64,000 bases of DNA from a bacterium (lineage in GTDB: Bacteria > Patescibacteriota > Dojkabacteria > SC72): the NCBI GenBank assembly GCA_021108295.1, contig JAIORF010000102.1, forward strand, positions 226,681-290,680. The letters are read 5' to 3'. This document shows positions 19,301 to 27,894 of the stretch, in pieces (position 1 is the stretch's first letter; the number at the start of each line of letters is the position of its first letter). Below the pieces are notes generated by a model. That model had not been told where the DNA came from, made no database searches, and worked only from the letters and a program-made list of their open reading frames with translations. The translations under genes were made by a program, and so were the position numbers.

Positions 19301-22300
19301 ATCTATTGAGTCCATAGTTATTTTTCTTGCATCGGCCCAGACTCCTACATTTCCTGCAAGGTCAACGCCTCTTACTTGCCAGTAGAATGTAATATTATCA
19401 TTGTGTACATCTCTATATTTTACAGTTCTAGTTGTTTCATATATCAGATCACAAAATCCTTCTGCTGTAGGATTGTTCCAACAGCTTCTGTAGTCATAGT
19501 GTTCAACATCTGTAGCATCAGTATCCCAAGTTTGTCTAACAATTGTGTCGTTTGTAAAGTAGTTATCAATTGGAGATGTTAATTCTACTATTGGAGGAGT
19601 TGTGTCAATTGTAATAGTTATATCAGTAGCTCTACTCCAATTTTTAGCTAGATCTCTACCTTGAGCTCTCAGACGATATACTCCATCTACTGCTGGATCA
19701 AAGGTGTAGCTGTAACTGGTGTCTTGAGAGTTATTGTTATATCCTGAGTTCCATGTTTCTCCTTCTAATTTCCATTTAAACCTAAAATTGTTCATGGTTT
19801 CATTTGTATGAGCACTTAGTAGGACTGGAGTATTGTGAAGACTGTCATCATCTGGTGTGTCCCAAGTTATAACAGCAGGTGTTGTATCTATATTAAATGG
19901 TCCGTAGTGTGCTGTAGAAGTGATGTTTCCTACATTGTCCATGGTTCTAATATTAAACCACCATTGTCCGTCTGTTAGTGCTGAACTTGTTACAGTGTTC
20001 TCACTTGCGTCTAGCCAGTTTGATGGATCAATAGCAGGGGTTTCTTCTGTGTTAGAGAAAGAGTAGTAATAACCTGCAATTCCACTTAATCCGTAATCAT
20101 CTGCTCCAGAGAAGGCTACTTCAATGGTATTGTCTTTTGAATATTCATCTACTTCATGACTTGAGCTAAATGTTGTAGGGTCCTGTGGGGCTTGCATATC
20201 CCATGTGAATGAGTCTGAGCGTCCAACCCCAGGTCTTATGTGTACTTGATCCCATGCATATGGAGTTACGGTATATTCTACTCCATTTCTAAATGTTGAA
20301 TATGGATATGGCCCTGGATAGGTCCACATATTAGTCCCTAGTACTCTATGGAAACTTCTTGGATTGATATATCTTGTCCAGTTCCAAAATCCTGGCATAT
20401 TGTTCCAGTAGTAATTATCTGTACCTCTTTGTATAGTGAGTTTTACAGATGAAATATCACTTACAGTATCATGTGCCTTTCCAATAATCTCTCCAAAGGG
20501 TACCCATGTTTGTGGACCATAGAAATCTTCTTGAACAAGGACTTTAACACTTGGGAGTTTTGCATCTACGGTTCTTCCTAATTGTGTACCCTCTCCAGTA
20601 TTCCCTGCATTATCAGTTACCCTGACATTGATAGATAAGGTTTCTGCATCTTGCAATCGTCCAATACGAAATGTACAGAATCTCCGGTGATAGTCTCCTG
20701 CGTACCAATTGATACCATCTAAAGTATATTCACATGATCTTCCATTTATCCCTGAAAGGGAGTCTTTAACTCTTGCACTTCCAGAGAAGCCTGTAAATCC
20801 ATTTACATATTTATCTACATAGTCCATAGTAAGATGTATTGTTCCTACTTTAGGTTCTGTAGTATCAAATGTGATATTTGTCATGACTGGACTCTGTTCT
20901 TCATTCCCTAGAGCATCAAATGCCGATGCCTTTATATCAAAAGTTCCATCTTGTACGGGTGTCCAAACGTATGACCAGTTAAAAGGTGTTGGACTAATAG
21001 ATACAGCTGGATTTAGTATCGTTGTTATTGGTTTCCATTCTGTTTCATGAGATGGTTTGTAGTAAAGATTTACACCTTTAACATGACTAAACTTGTCAAC
21101 TGAGTATCCAGATATTTTAATTGGAGAGTTAAATACTCCATTTGAGATATCTGGTCTAAATGTAGATACAGGAGCACTGTTATCAACAGTTAGCTCTACC
21201 CAATCTACAGAATCGTTTATTACCTCTGGATCACTTATTACAGGTGCTTCATTAGGGTCTTTATTCCCGGCTTTGTCTCTAGCTTCTAGCTTTATTGTAT
21301 ATACTCCATCATCCACTCCAGTGGTATCCCAATCAAATGTTGGTAATACAACAGGTCCATCATTATATACGGTTTGTGGACCAGCAATTGTTGTACCTAA
21401 AGCATCAACTACTACGAACCAGTAATGTGAAAGATTTAGGTCTGAAACTTCCCCTTCTATTGTTTGTAAACCTGCAACTATATTTCCATCGTCGTGTGAT
21501 GCTACTTCAACTTTTGGAGGAATACTGTCAAGTATTATCTGACAGCTACCTGCTAATGATTCTTCTGTTAAAGCCCATGCTGATGCATTTCCTGCTTCAT
21601 CAACTGCTCTTACTGCATATCCATACATCCCATCTGTAGGGGCTACCCAACTATTAACAAATTCTGAAGTGTAAAAGACCTCTTCGTCTAGTCCTTGGGC
21701 TCCACCAGGGTGGAAAGAGGAATATTCATAGTGACTTAAATCACCTTCTGGATTATTGTCCCAATCAGGGATTAATGCTTGTCTAGGAGAGTAGTCTCCA
21801 CAAGCGTAAATATCTCCATCATGATCTCTCCATTCTAGACCTATTGGTCTAGCTGGTGCTGTATTATCAACTGTAATCTTTACTTCGTCTGTTCTGGCCC
21901 AGTTCCCTGCAATATCTTTACCCGCTGCATAGAAGTAGTAATCTCCATCATCCATTACATAGCTAGGATCGCCTCCCCATCTTTCTGCATCTAGAGTGTT
22001 TAAGCTCCAATTAAAGACAGTTCCATTGTCATAAACATAATGATATCGTCTATCTGGTGAGACATTGGAGTAAGTTTGTCCTTCTGCTCTCCACCAGAAG
22101 TTAATGTAGTCTAAATCTTCAGTTCCAGTAGCTTGTAAATCTACAATGCCAGCGTGTAATGAATCAATTACTGGTGAGTCTAGTGTAATTGTTGGTCTTG
22201 TTCTATCATATGTAACTTTACAGTCATTACTCCAATCAGAAACAGCATCAACACTCTCGTCTAAAATGCTATTGCTATCTATATCTACCCAAGCTCTTAC

Positions 22301-23461
22301 TCTAGTATTCCATTCTCCCTCTGTTCCTTCTGAACTACCGAAAGATGAAAACGGAGTGTAATTATTTGTGTATGTACCTCCATCTGTTGTCCAAGTACCA
22401 CTTTCTGGCACCATCCATTCTCTTTGATACAAGACATTTGCTGGAGCATTTAGTAGCTCCCAGTTTTGTGAGATTCTCCCTCCATTTCCATAAGTTGGAT
22501 AGTCTCCATTTGTAGTTGAACCGCAAGCTAGATCTACTGGTCTTTCTCCTGGTGTAGCTGATTTAGACCTTATATTCCAACCAAGGTTTGTAGGTGCAAG
22601 GATACGTATTGTATCTTCAGTACCAGCAGCATCAACAGCCTCTTGTATTGTGTCATAGCAGTATGTATCACTTCCAACTAATTCTACCGTACAGGTAGCG
22701 TTTACTTCTGTAGTTCCCTCAGTTATTCCTGCAGGTATACTTGGTACCACTATATAGATTGTAAAATGATTTAACCCTTCTATCTCTACAATATCTCCTT
22801 CTATGCTCACCCCTTCTTCTATCTCTGTACCACCATCTAATAGGTCACTCCTACTCTCTGCGTACACAACATCTACATCATTTGATGTAGTAGGAAGTGT
22901 GAGATCATACTCATAAGTACCATCTACCATATCCGTAGTAATATCATAAGCAGTGTTTGAGATAGCACCAAGTACTTCTACTTCTTCCTGTGTAAGAATA
23001 ATTTCATTAATTGTTAGATAACCACTTTCTTCTGGTAATTGGGTAAAGGATAAAGAAACAGCACCATTTTGTGGTGCCATGTATACTTCTCCTAAAACCA
23101 CTACATCGCTTGTAGTGGAGCTACTTCCATTCTCTATCCAAATGGGTCCTGTAGATATCCCCTCGTCTAATATATCCTCTGATTCGTCAAGAGGAGGTAT
23201 GAGAGCATCTAATATGTCTACTGATTCTTCTAATGGGATTGTTCCAACAACATCCAATATCTCTTCTACTTCATCTGAAGGTAGAGTTTCAACTTCCTCT
23301 TCAACAAGAAGATTTTCAACAACCTCTGTGTGAGGTAATTGATCTATTTCCTCTGCAATTACAATCGCAGGGAAGAATACACTGGAAGTTAATATGGATA
23401 ATAGGAGCAGAACATTGGGAACCGAGGCAGATAATTTAATGATGGCTTTCTTAATTTTCAT
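16385..23461 (-). CDS. giant cell-surface protein (2358 aa) with Ig-like, PKD-like and Cna-B-like domains and a C-terminal TM anchor
   Basis: It has an N-terminal signal or TM segment. There are many about 100-aa Ig-like repeats with a recurring D-G-x-Y...A-x-D-x-AGN motif and ITVDNT(A/V)P linkers. Two about 120-aa paralogous inserts are present. A PKD-like segment reads NNAPTITIQG...FTYLWSDD. A Cna-B/SdrD-like domain reads GYLYIDKNKNGEKEDNEKALANISLKIF...DENGYWE. The C-terminal TM helix plus charged tail is YWYILLIILALGVTTTYVILSNKQEE. Confidence 0.8.
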   Translation of the reverse strand: MKIKKAIIKLSASVPNVLLLLSILTSSVFFPAIVIAEEIDQLPHTEVVENLLVEEEVETLPSDEVEEILDVVGTIPLEESVDILDALIPPLDESEDILDEGISTGPIWIENGSSSTTSDVVVLGEVYMAPQNGAVSLSFTQLPEESGYLTINEIILTQEEVEVLGAISNTAYDITTDMVDGTYEYDLTLPTTSNDVDVVYAESRSDLLDGGTEIEEGVSIEGDIVEIEGLNHFTIYIVVPSIPAGITEGTTEVNATCTVELVGSDTYCYDTIQEAVDAAGTEDTIRILAPTNLGWNIRSKSATPGERPVDLACGSTTNGDYPTYGNGGRISQNWELLNAPANVLYQREWMVPESGTWTTDGGTYTNNYTPFSSFGSSEGTEGEWNTRVRAWVDIDSNSILDESVDAVSDWSNDCKVTYDRTRPTITLDSPVIDSLHAGIVDLQATGTEDLDYINFWWRAEGQTYSNVSPDRRYHYVYDNGTVFNWSLNTLDAERWGGDPSYVMDDGDYYFYAAGKDIAGNWARTDEVKITVDNTAPARPIGLEWRDHDGDIYACGDYSPRQALIPDWDNNPEGDLSHYEYSSFHPGGAQGLDEEVFYTSEFVNSWVAPTDGMYGYAVRAVDEAGNASAWALTEESLAGSCQIILDSIPPKVEVASHDDGNIVAGLQTIEGEVSDLNLSHYWFVVVDALGTTIAGPQTVYNDGPVVLPTFDWDTTGVDDGVYTIKLEARDKAGNKDPNEAPVISDPEVINDSVDWVELTVDNSAPVSTFRPDISNGVFNSPIKISGYSVDKFSHVKGVNLYYKPSHETEWKPITTILNPAVSISPTPFNWSYVWTPVQDGTFDIKASAFDALGNEEQSPVMTNITFDTTEPKVGTIHLTMDYVDKYVNGFTGFSGSARVKDSLSGINGRSCEYTLDGINWYAGDYHRRFCTFRIGRLQDAETLSINVRVTDNAGNTGEGTQLGRTVDAKLPSVKVLVQEDFYGPQTWVPFGEIIGKAHDTVSDISSVKLTIQRGTDNYYWNNMPGFWNWTRYINPRSFHRVLGTNMWTYPGPYPYSTFRNGVEYTVTPYAWDQVHIRPGVGRSDSFTWDMQAPQDPTTFSSSHEVDEYSKDNTIEVAFSGADDYGLSGIAGYYYSFSNTEETPAIDPSNWLDASENTVTSSALTDGQWWFNIRTMDNVGNITSTAHYGPFNIDTTPAVITWDTPDDDSLHNTPVLLSAHTNETMNNFRFKWKLEGETWNSGYNNNSQDTSYSYTFDPAVDGVYRLRAQGRDLAKNWSRATDITITIDTTPPIVELTSPIDNYFTNDTIVRQTWDTDATDVEHYDYRSCWNNPTAEGFCDLIYETTRTVKYRDVHNDNITFYWQVRGVDLAGNVGVWADARKITMDSIDPAGSIDSIRMVNSNNGTVYHITEWIINEDLPTIEGLADDERSGVASVLVTIDGIPSTTTILGNAWESVFSIDIPDGQHTITAVITDNAENTTTITQDLFVDTVAPRATYIQYKDGAEIDVVTDPITFVNNIGQLTFTGSYTDDLPSSELLKDSFVIFQAQDDGSFGFSNDGKLAYCSWRSEPNLVHLNGVTYNETSERIEFTNCIASLQDGEYYMAHHVYDNAIRKDIPSIHQFRDVLGLHFVVDTIAPVVGITDPADNDFVKGVVDISGFVTDTNLSHYNISIYPGGVDVHDFSLRLEQETVYGPEFGETVIYTWDTTGYPDGEYQIRLAARDLAGNRELDGDSEHVITITVDNTVPDTPSGLRRLLRSDHSIVFECGAYSPIQGMHPDWDDSTDTNFDYYEYSSFNAPNGSQGIDERRFDESIFEYNGSWTPNEGTYGFAVRTIDKAGNISEWALSAETLEGSCQITYDDTPPEIEDIIDTLDLEEGDNIPDVLAEVTDETGLQNVHYELSNVDLGTFFDTKALSGLSETINISDLVKEYALAYFGEDILTIDTFYIPEGVYTITYHAEDLAGNPSPEETLTITITNVAPIIDSFTSDAIAITEGETINFEAVFSDPSYMTYASGEEHADDAPWTYSFLPEGTASFDDTTDIPGETLTFAHTYINEGTYFAQFEVCESDVDQGEGECDDYTIEITVSNNAPTITIQGTNTAVEGDDPITLTTTLTDGNAPFTYLWSDDCTGTTDTTTFDPTTEGTYTCTVTVIDTDGDIGTDSFDITVDAPPEGDVAGTGDYRYYADGTGSGDALLADSYVPDDEVLGSDDDIQGLLDRINSCETTKKLFGYLYIDKNKNGEKEDNEKALANISLKIFIPYNDNEITVKEITTDENGYWETYLCPGDYNISVDSENLPKNIDIGDVLAVTVSEDQDETQFDIAGIDTRNFWQKYWYILLIILALGVTTTYVILSNKQEE
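17867..18244 (-). repeat. intragenic repeat copy 2 (paralogue of the 21506-21871 domain)
   Basis: Same as copy 1. Coordinates were derived by counting residues and are approximate to within about 10 nt. Confidence 0.6.
21506..21871 (-). repeat. intragenic repeat copy 1 (about 120-aa domain, DNTAPARPIGLEW...GSCQIILDSIPPK) inside the giant protein gene
   Basis: Residues about 531-652 of the giant protein. They align along their full length with residues about 1740-1865 (DNTVPDTPSGLRR...GSCQITYDDTPPE), with conserved CG.YSP, PDWD, YYEYSSF, QG.DE, GTYG.AVR and AGN.S.WAL motifs. Confidence 0.6.
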
Positions 23462-23598
23462 AGTGTATATGAATTAAATTATTTGTAACATTCTAGTAAG
23501 ATTTTACAAATAAATGAAAATGAAGTCAATGTAGCCTTTTAAGGGCCTTAATTTATACTTTGTTAATTAATTGCTGAAGTTGGAGTCAATTATCTAAT

Positions 23599-24141
23599 TT
23601 ACACTACTACTTTATACAAAGAACAACCTAAATACCCCCCAATGATCCCAGTAATTAACTGCATATATCCCATACTTGAAAGAAATATTCTAGGTAAATT
23701 AAAATGATTTACGAAAATATATGCAAAGAGAAAAAGTAACAAAGCTTTACAAACACTACCAACCACAACACTTAAAAAACCAGCCCTAAGATACTTGATT
23801 AGCAATATGTATATTGCATTACCTATAAATATCACAGGTAAGAAATATATCAAAAAGAAAGTAGCTCCTCCAAAAAGAACACTACTACCAAAAGCTACTA
23901 CAGAAGGAAGAACTACAGAAGGAAGAGACTTCTTAAACCCTAGCTTAAGCACAGAGAATGTAAGAATCAGATTAACAACACTCCCCACTAAAAACTGTGG
24001 AGATTTAAGCAGTAGAGGTGCACAAACAGATAAACAGGTTAGTAATGTAACCTGAACCCACTCCTTCTTCAATACACTTATCAACCTACTACCATATATC
24101 TCAACACGTTTTAACATACTAAAGTGTATCATGAATATCAT
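23599..24141 (-). CDS. hypothetical polytopic membrane protein
   Basis: 180 aa with 4-5 hydrophobic helices. I recognise no family. Confidence 0.4.
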   Translation of the reverse strand: MIFMIHFSMLKRVEIYGSRLISVLKKEWVQVTLLTCLSVCAPLLLKSPQFLVGSVVNLILTFSVLKLGFKKSLPSVVLPSVVAFGSSVLFGGATFFLIYFLPVIFIGNAIYILLIKYLRAGFLSVVVGSVCKALLLFLFAYIFVNHFNLPRIFLSSMGYMQLITGIIGGYLGCSLYKVVV

Positions 24142-24164
24142 AGCTAGTCATACCTCTATCTTTA

Positions 24165-25043
24165 ATGATATATTTATCTATGGATCACCTAAAAGTCTGT
24201 GAGAAGATACTTAAGAGTAAGAAAGATACAGTATGTATGCTAGCACCCTCCTTTGTAGCAGACTACGAGTATCCGGACCTCATATACAGATTAAGAGCCT
24301 TGGGATTTGATAAGGTAGTGGAACTTACTTTTGGTGCTAAGATGACCAACCTAACCTACTACGCTATCCTCAAAGAAGATATTGATCGCACTTGGATAGC
24401 CTCTCCATGCCCTACCCTTGTAAACCTAGTTCGAAATAAATACCCTCACCTTATTAAAAACTTAATGCCTGCCCACTCTCCTATGGGTTGTATGTCCTTT
24501 GTTTGTCAAAAAGTTTACCCTAAACACAAACAGGTATTCATTGGACCATGTCTTACAAAGAAGATTGAAGCTCAAGAGCTTGGCACCATAGAGAGTGCGT
24601 TGACATACAAGGAGTTAGAGCAACTGTTTACCAAGTACAAAATTCCGGAGAAAGTGACTGACAGGAAGTATCTAAAGACATTTGATAAGTTCTACAACGA
24701 TTACACCAAGATATACCCAGTATCAGGAGGCCTATCCTCCACATTACATCACAATGAGATTCTAAAGAAGAAAGATATTCTAGTAGAGGAAGGTTTAGGG
24801 AATATAACGAAAATATTTGATGATTTTAAGGATGGGTGGTACAAAAAGTACAAATTCCTAGATTTACTTACATGTGATGGTGGCTGTCTTGGTGGTATAG
24901 GCATGGCTGGACACTTTCCAGTAAGTCAAAGAAAGAAGAGAATATATAAGTATAGAGACTATGCAAGACGTTATGAAAAAGATTTGGGCAGGGCTGGTAA
25001 GAAGATGCATGTAAAGGGTATTGATTTCACAAGAGATTTCTAA
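24165..25043 (+). CDS. [FeFe]-hydrogenase H-domain-like protein (minimal, 292 aa)
   Basis: It matches the three H-cluster motifs of Fe-only hydrogenase large subunits. L1 reads ASPCP (versus TSCCP). L2 reads GPCLTKKIE (MPCxxKxxE). L3 reads LLTCDGGCLGGIGM (MACxxGCxxGGGQ). It also has MLAPSF (versus xAPAVR), FGAKMT (versus FGADLT) and HSPMG. It has no N-terminal ferredoxin-like domains. Confidence 0.55.
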   Translation: MIYLSMDHLKVCEKILKSKKDTVCMLAPSFVADYEYPDLIYRLRALGFDKVVELTFGAKMTNLTYYAILKEDIDRTWIASPCPTLVNLVRNKYPHLIKNLMPAHSPMGCMSFVCQKVYPKHKQVFIGPCLTKKIEAQELGTIESALTYKELEQLFTKYKIPEKVTDRKYLKTFDKFYNDYTKIYPVSGGLSSTLHHNEILKKKDILVEEGLGNITKIFDDFKDGWYKKYKFLDLLTCDGGCLGGIGMAGHFPVSQRKKRIYKYRDYARRYEKDLGRAGKKMHVKGIDFTRDF

Positions 25044-25109
25044 GAGGCTTCCAATTGACAAAATATTCAGCTTTTATTAACATGTTACATTAAAATTATT
25101 GTTACTAAC

Positions 25110-25475
25110 ATGTCGACTACTAATAATACTGAAGGGGGAAATCACGAAAATATCCCTGATATATCAAAAATTACTTTAGGAGGGGTTGTTTTTGGCCAAG
25201 AAGCAGGTTGTGAAGTCGGGTTTTTGTCATTGGGATACCTAGGTGCTTCTCTTGGAGAACCCACATTTGTTGAATTTCTTCACCCTTTAGAGGCTGAGAA
25301 TGAAAAGGTGTTGAGAGCATTTCTTGCTTATTGTAAGGGGAAATATGGTGTTGAAAACATAGGGGCAGAGAATGGAGTGTTTTATGGTAAAGAGGTATAT
25401 ATAGGAGGGAAATCAGCTACTATGACTGCTGAGGAGTATAAAATAGCTCGAGAGTCTTTGAAGGAGATAGTTTAG
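25110..25475 (+). CDS. hypothetical protein (121 aa)
   Basis: ORF between the hydrogenase-like gene and the Mur ligase, on the same strand. I recognise no motifs. Confidence 0.3.
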   Translation: MSTTNNTEGGNHENIPDISKITLGGVVFGQEAGCEVGFLSLGYLGASLGEPTFVEFLHPLEAENEKVLRAFLAYCKGKYGVENIGAENGVFYGKEVYIGGKSATMTAEEYKIARESLKEIV

Positions 25476-25493
25476 ATTAATGGATATCGAGAA

Positions 25494-27077
25494 ATGAATA
25501 GATATGAGGTTGAGAGTGTAACAATCGTGGGTATAGGTGGTAGTGGTGCCTACTATATCGCTAAGTTCTTACTCCTTTGTGGTGTAAATGTAGTTGGTTT
25601 TGATCTTGAGCAAAGTAAGAGGACAGAGGAATTAGAAAAGATGGGTGCTTCGATTACTTACAGTAATCCTACGGAGGTTTTCGATACTTCTTACTTCATA
25701 TATACACACAGTCTTCCTGAGAAGATTAGGAAGGAGATACAGGTACTTAATTGTGATATTGATGGGTATGAGGTTGGCGAGATGTATAAGCATATTATGG
25801 ATGATTTTGAAGATGATCTGTTGAGTGGGAATCAGGTAGAGGCTTTTTTAGAGTCAGATATTGCTCCACTCTACTCTCTTAATTTAGATAATTTAAGATT
25901 GATTGGGGTTACAGGTACTGATGGTAAGACTACAACTTGTTCAATGATTCACCATATTCTTAAGAGGAATGGCTTTAAGCCTGCATTGATTAGTACGGTA
26001 TCAGCAATTATTGGGGATGAGGAGATTGATACCGGTTTCCATACTACAACCCCTACTTCTCAGGAACTTTTTAAATTGATTAATTTAGTATTGGAAGCTG
26101 GTTGTACACACTTAGTTTTGGAGACTACCTCTCAAGGTTTAGAACAGGGAAGGCTTGCTGGTCTTAAGTTTGATACAGTTGCCTATACCAATGTTACTGA
26201 TGAGCATTTAGATTACCACAAGACTTGGGATAGGTATCTTCATTCCAAGAGTCTTTTGATTAAGGAGCATACTAGTCCAGATACAGTCATTGTACTTAAT
26301 AGGGATGACAGGTCATATGATTACTTAAGTAGTATTTCAATGGGTAGGGATATGGATTACAGTATTAGCGAGAAGTCTGCGACTCTTTTTGTTAGGGGTA
26401 TTAAGAGTGGTAATGGTTTAGAGTTTAAATTGTTGGTTGGTAAAGAAAAGATTGATGTAGTGATTTCAATCTATGGTGCTTACAATATAAGTAACTTCTT
26501 AGCAGCTTGTGGTAGTTGTTTGAATGAGGATTTGGATTTGAAGGATATTGTAAATGGGATAGGAAGTTTTAAAACAGTAAAGGGAAGGATGGAGCTTATA
26601 CAAGAGAGTCCTTTTAAGGTGTTTGTAGATTTTGCACATACTGCTAATTCTACTAGGGAAGTTTTAGAGAGTGTAAGAAAGTTGACTAAGGGTAGAGTTA
26701 TACATGTATTTGGTTGTGCAGGAATGAGGGATCCTTCTAAGCGATTCCCTATGGGTAAGTTTTCTAATGAGTTGGCTGATATTACAGTATTGACTGCAGA
26801 GGATCCACGGAGTGAGGTTTTGAAAGATATTAATGATGAGATAGAGGTGGGATGGAGAGATGGGAGTAACAAGGAAGGTGAGTTAATTAGGTTTGATGAT
26901 AATACTCATAATGTAGAAGTTAGGAGGGATGCTATTGCTAGGGCTTTTGAGTTAGCTAAGAGTGGTGATCTTGTAGTTATTACTGGAAAGGCACATGAGA
27001 TGTCTCTTTGTTTTGGGAATGTAGAGCATGATTGGAATGATATTGAGGAGAGTAAGAGGTTGTTAACAATAGAGTAA
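25494..27077 (+). CDS. Mur ligase family protein (MurC-like N-terminus, UDP-N-acetylmuramate--amino acid ligase-like)
   Basis: The N-terminal Rossmann region is IVGIGGSGAYYIAKFLLLCGVNVVGFD. The central-domain P-loop is IGVTGTDGKTTT. It has TNVTDEHLDYH (TNIxxDHLDxHG) and a C-terminal domain ending FGCAGMRD. There is a roughly 90-aa insert between the N-terminal and central domains. Confidence 0.75.
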   Translation: MNRYEVESVTIVGIGGSGAYYIAKFLLLCGVNVVGFDLEQSKRTEELEKMGASITYSNPTEVFDTSYFIYTHSLPEKIRKEIQVLNCDIDGYEVGEMYKHIMDDFEDDLLSGNQVEAFLESDIAPLYSLNLDNLRLIGVTGTDGKTTTCSMIHHILKRNGFKPALISTVSAIIGDEEIDTGFHTTTPTSQELFKLINLVLEAGCTHLVLETTSQGLEQGRLAGLKFDTVAYTNVTDEHLDYHKTWDRYLHSKSLLIKEHTSPDTVIVLNRDDRSYDYLSSISMGRDMDYSISEKSATLFVRGIKSGNGLEFKLLVGKEKIDVVISIYGAYNISNFLAACGSCLNEDLDLKDIVNGIGSFKTVKGRMELIQESPFKVFVDFAHTANSTREVLESVRKLTKGRVIHVFGCAGMRDPSKRFPMGKFSNELADITVLTAEDPRSEVLKDINDEIEVGWRDGSNKEGELIRFDDNTHNVEVRRDAIARAFELAKSGDLVVITGKAHEMSLCFGNVEHDWNDIEESKRLLTIE

Positions 27078-27078
27078 A

Positions 27079-27894
27079 TTACTGTTCAATTATCCAAGGG
27101 ATAGCTCTGATATATCCTAACTCCTGGAGTTCTCTATACTTCTGGTTAGAGTCTTCTCTAGCATGTATTATTAATCGCCTGCCGTAATCTTTCATTAAGC
27201 TTTCTAAAGTATTTTGTATCTTCTCATGGCTCCAATTCATTCTTTCTAAATGTTTTAGGTCTACTGCTAGTCCTAGATTATTGAAATTTCTTATTTTAGA
27301 AAGAACTTGCATAGGATCTGTCATCCAAGATAGGTTGGTAGAGTATCTTGGACTTGAAAGAACTACATTCTCAATAAAAATTTTAATATTTAGCACTTTA
27401 GAGAAAGAATCTAATTCTGTAAGAACCTTCTGCTCTCTACTTGCTTGTCCCTGTGTAAGGAAAAAGATAATGTCTGGGTGAAATACAAAAGTGATTTCTT
27501 TATTCGGATTGTCTAGTCTTTGTTCAAGGATGTACTTTGCAATAAATTTTGATGGATCTGTGCTATCACCTTCTTTATAGTGTTTTCCCCCAGAATTAGG
27601 TTGATAATCTCCATACAGTTGCTGGTTAGTCGTTTTATTAAGAAAAGTTAGTAAGGCAGATCGTTGCAAATGGTTTGTTCTTAAAAGAAGTGCTGATAAG
27701 TCGTCTTGAAGTTCAATCTTGCCTCTTTCAGTAGATGAAGGTAAACAAAGGGAAGGATTCTGTTCCAGAGGGAGGGATTTCGAATAGTTAGATGTTTCTT
27801 GAAGATCTAACAACGAATTGGGAGCATGAAGTATGAGTAGATTTGTTCCTGTCTCTGTTTCTCTCAAAAAGAGATCTTGTGGATATTCAGACAT
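27079..27894 (-). CDS. xylose-isomerase-like TIM-barrel protein (sugar phosphate isomerase/epimerase or AP-endonuclease-2 fold), putative
   Basis: It has a weak motif pattern, VFHPD...IENV...GLAVDLKH...IHARED, reminiscent of the HPG / EN / DTxH metal-site series of that fold. It overlaps the upstream nucleotidyltransferase gene by 8 bp. Confidence 0.35.
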   Translation of the reverse strand: MSEYPQDLFLRETETGTNLLILHAPNSLLDLQETSNYSKSLPLEQNPSLCLPSSTERGKIELQDDLSALLLRTNHLQRSALLTFLNKTTNQQLYGDYQPNSGGKHYKEGDSTDPSKFIAKYILEQRLDNPNKEITFVFHPDIIFFLTQGQASREQKVLTELDSFSKVLNIKIFIENVVLSSPRYSTNLSWMTDPMQVLSKIRNFNNLGLAVDLKHLERMNWSHEKIQNTLESLMKDYGRRLIIHAREDSNQKYRELQELGYIRAIPWIIEQ

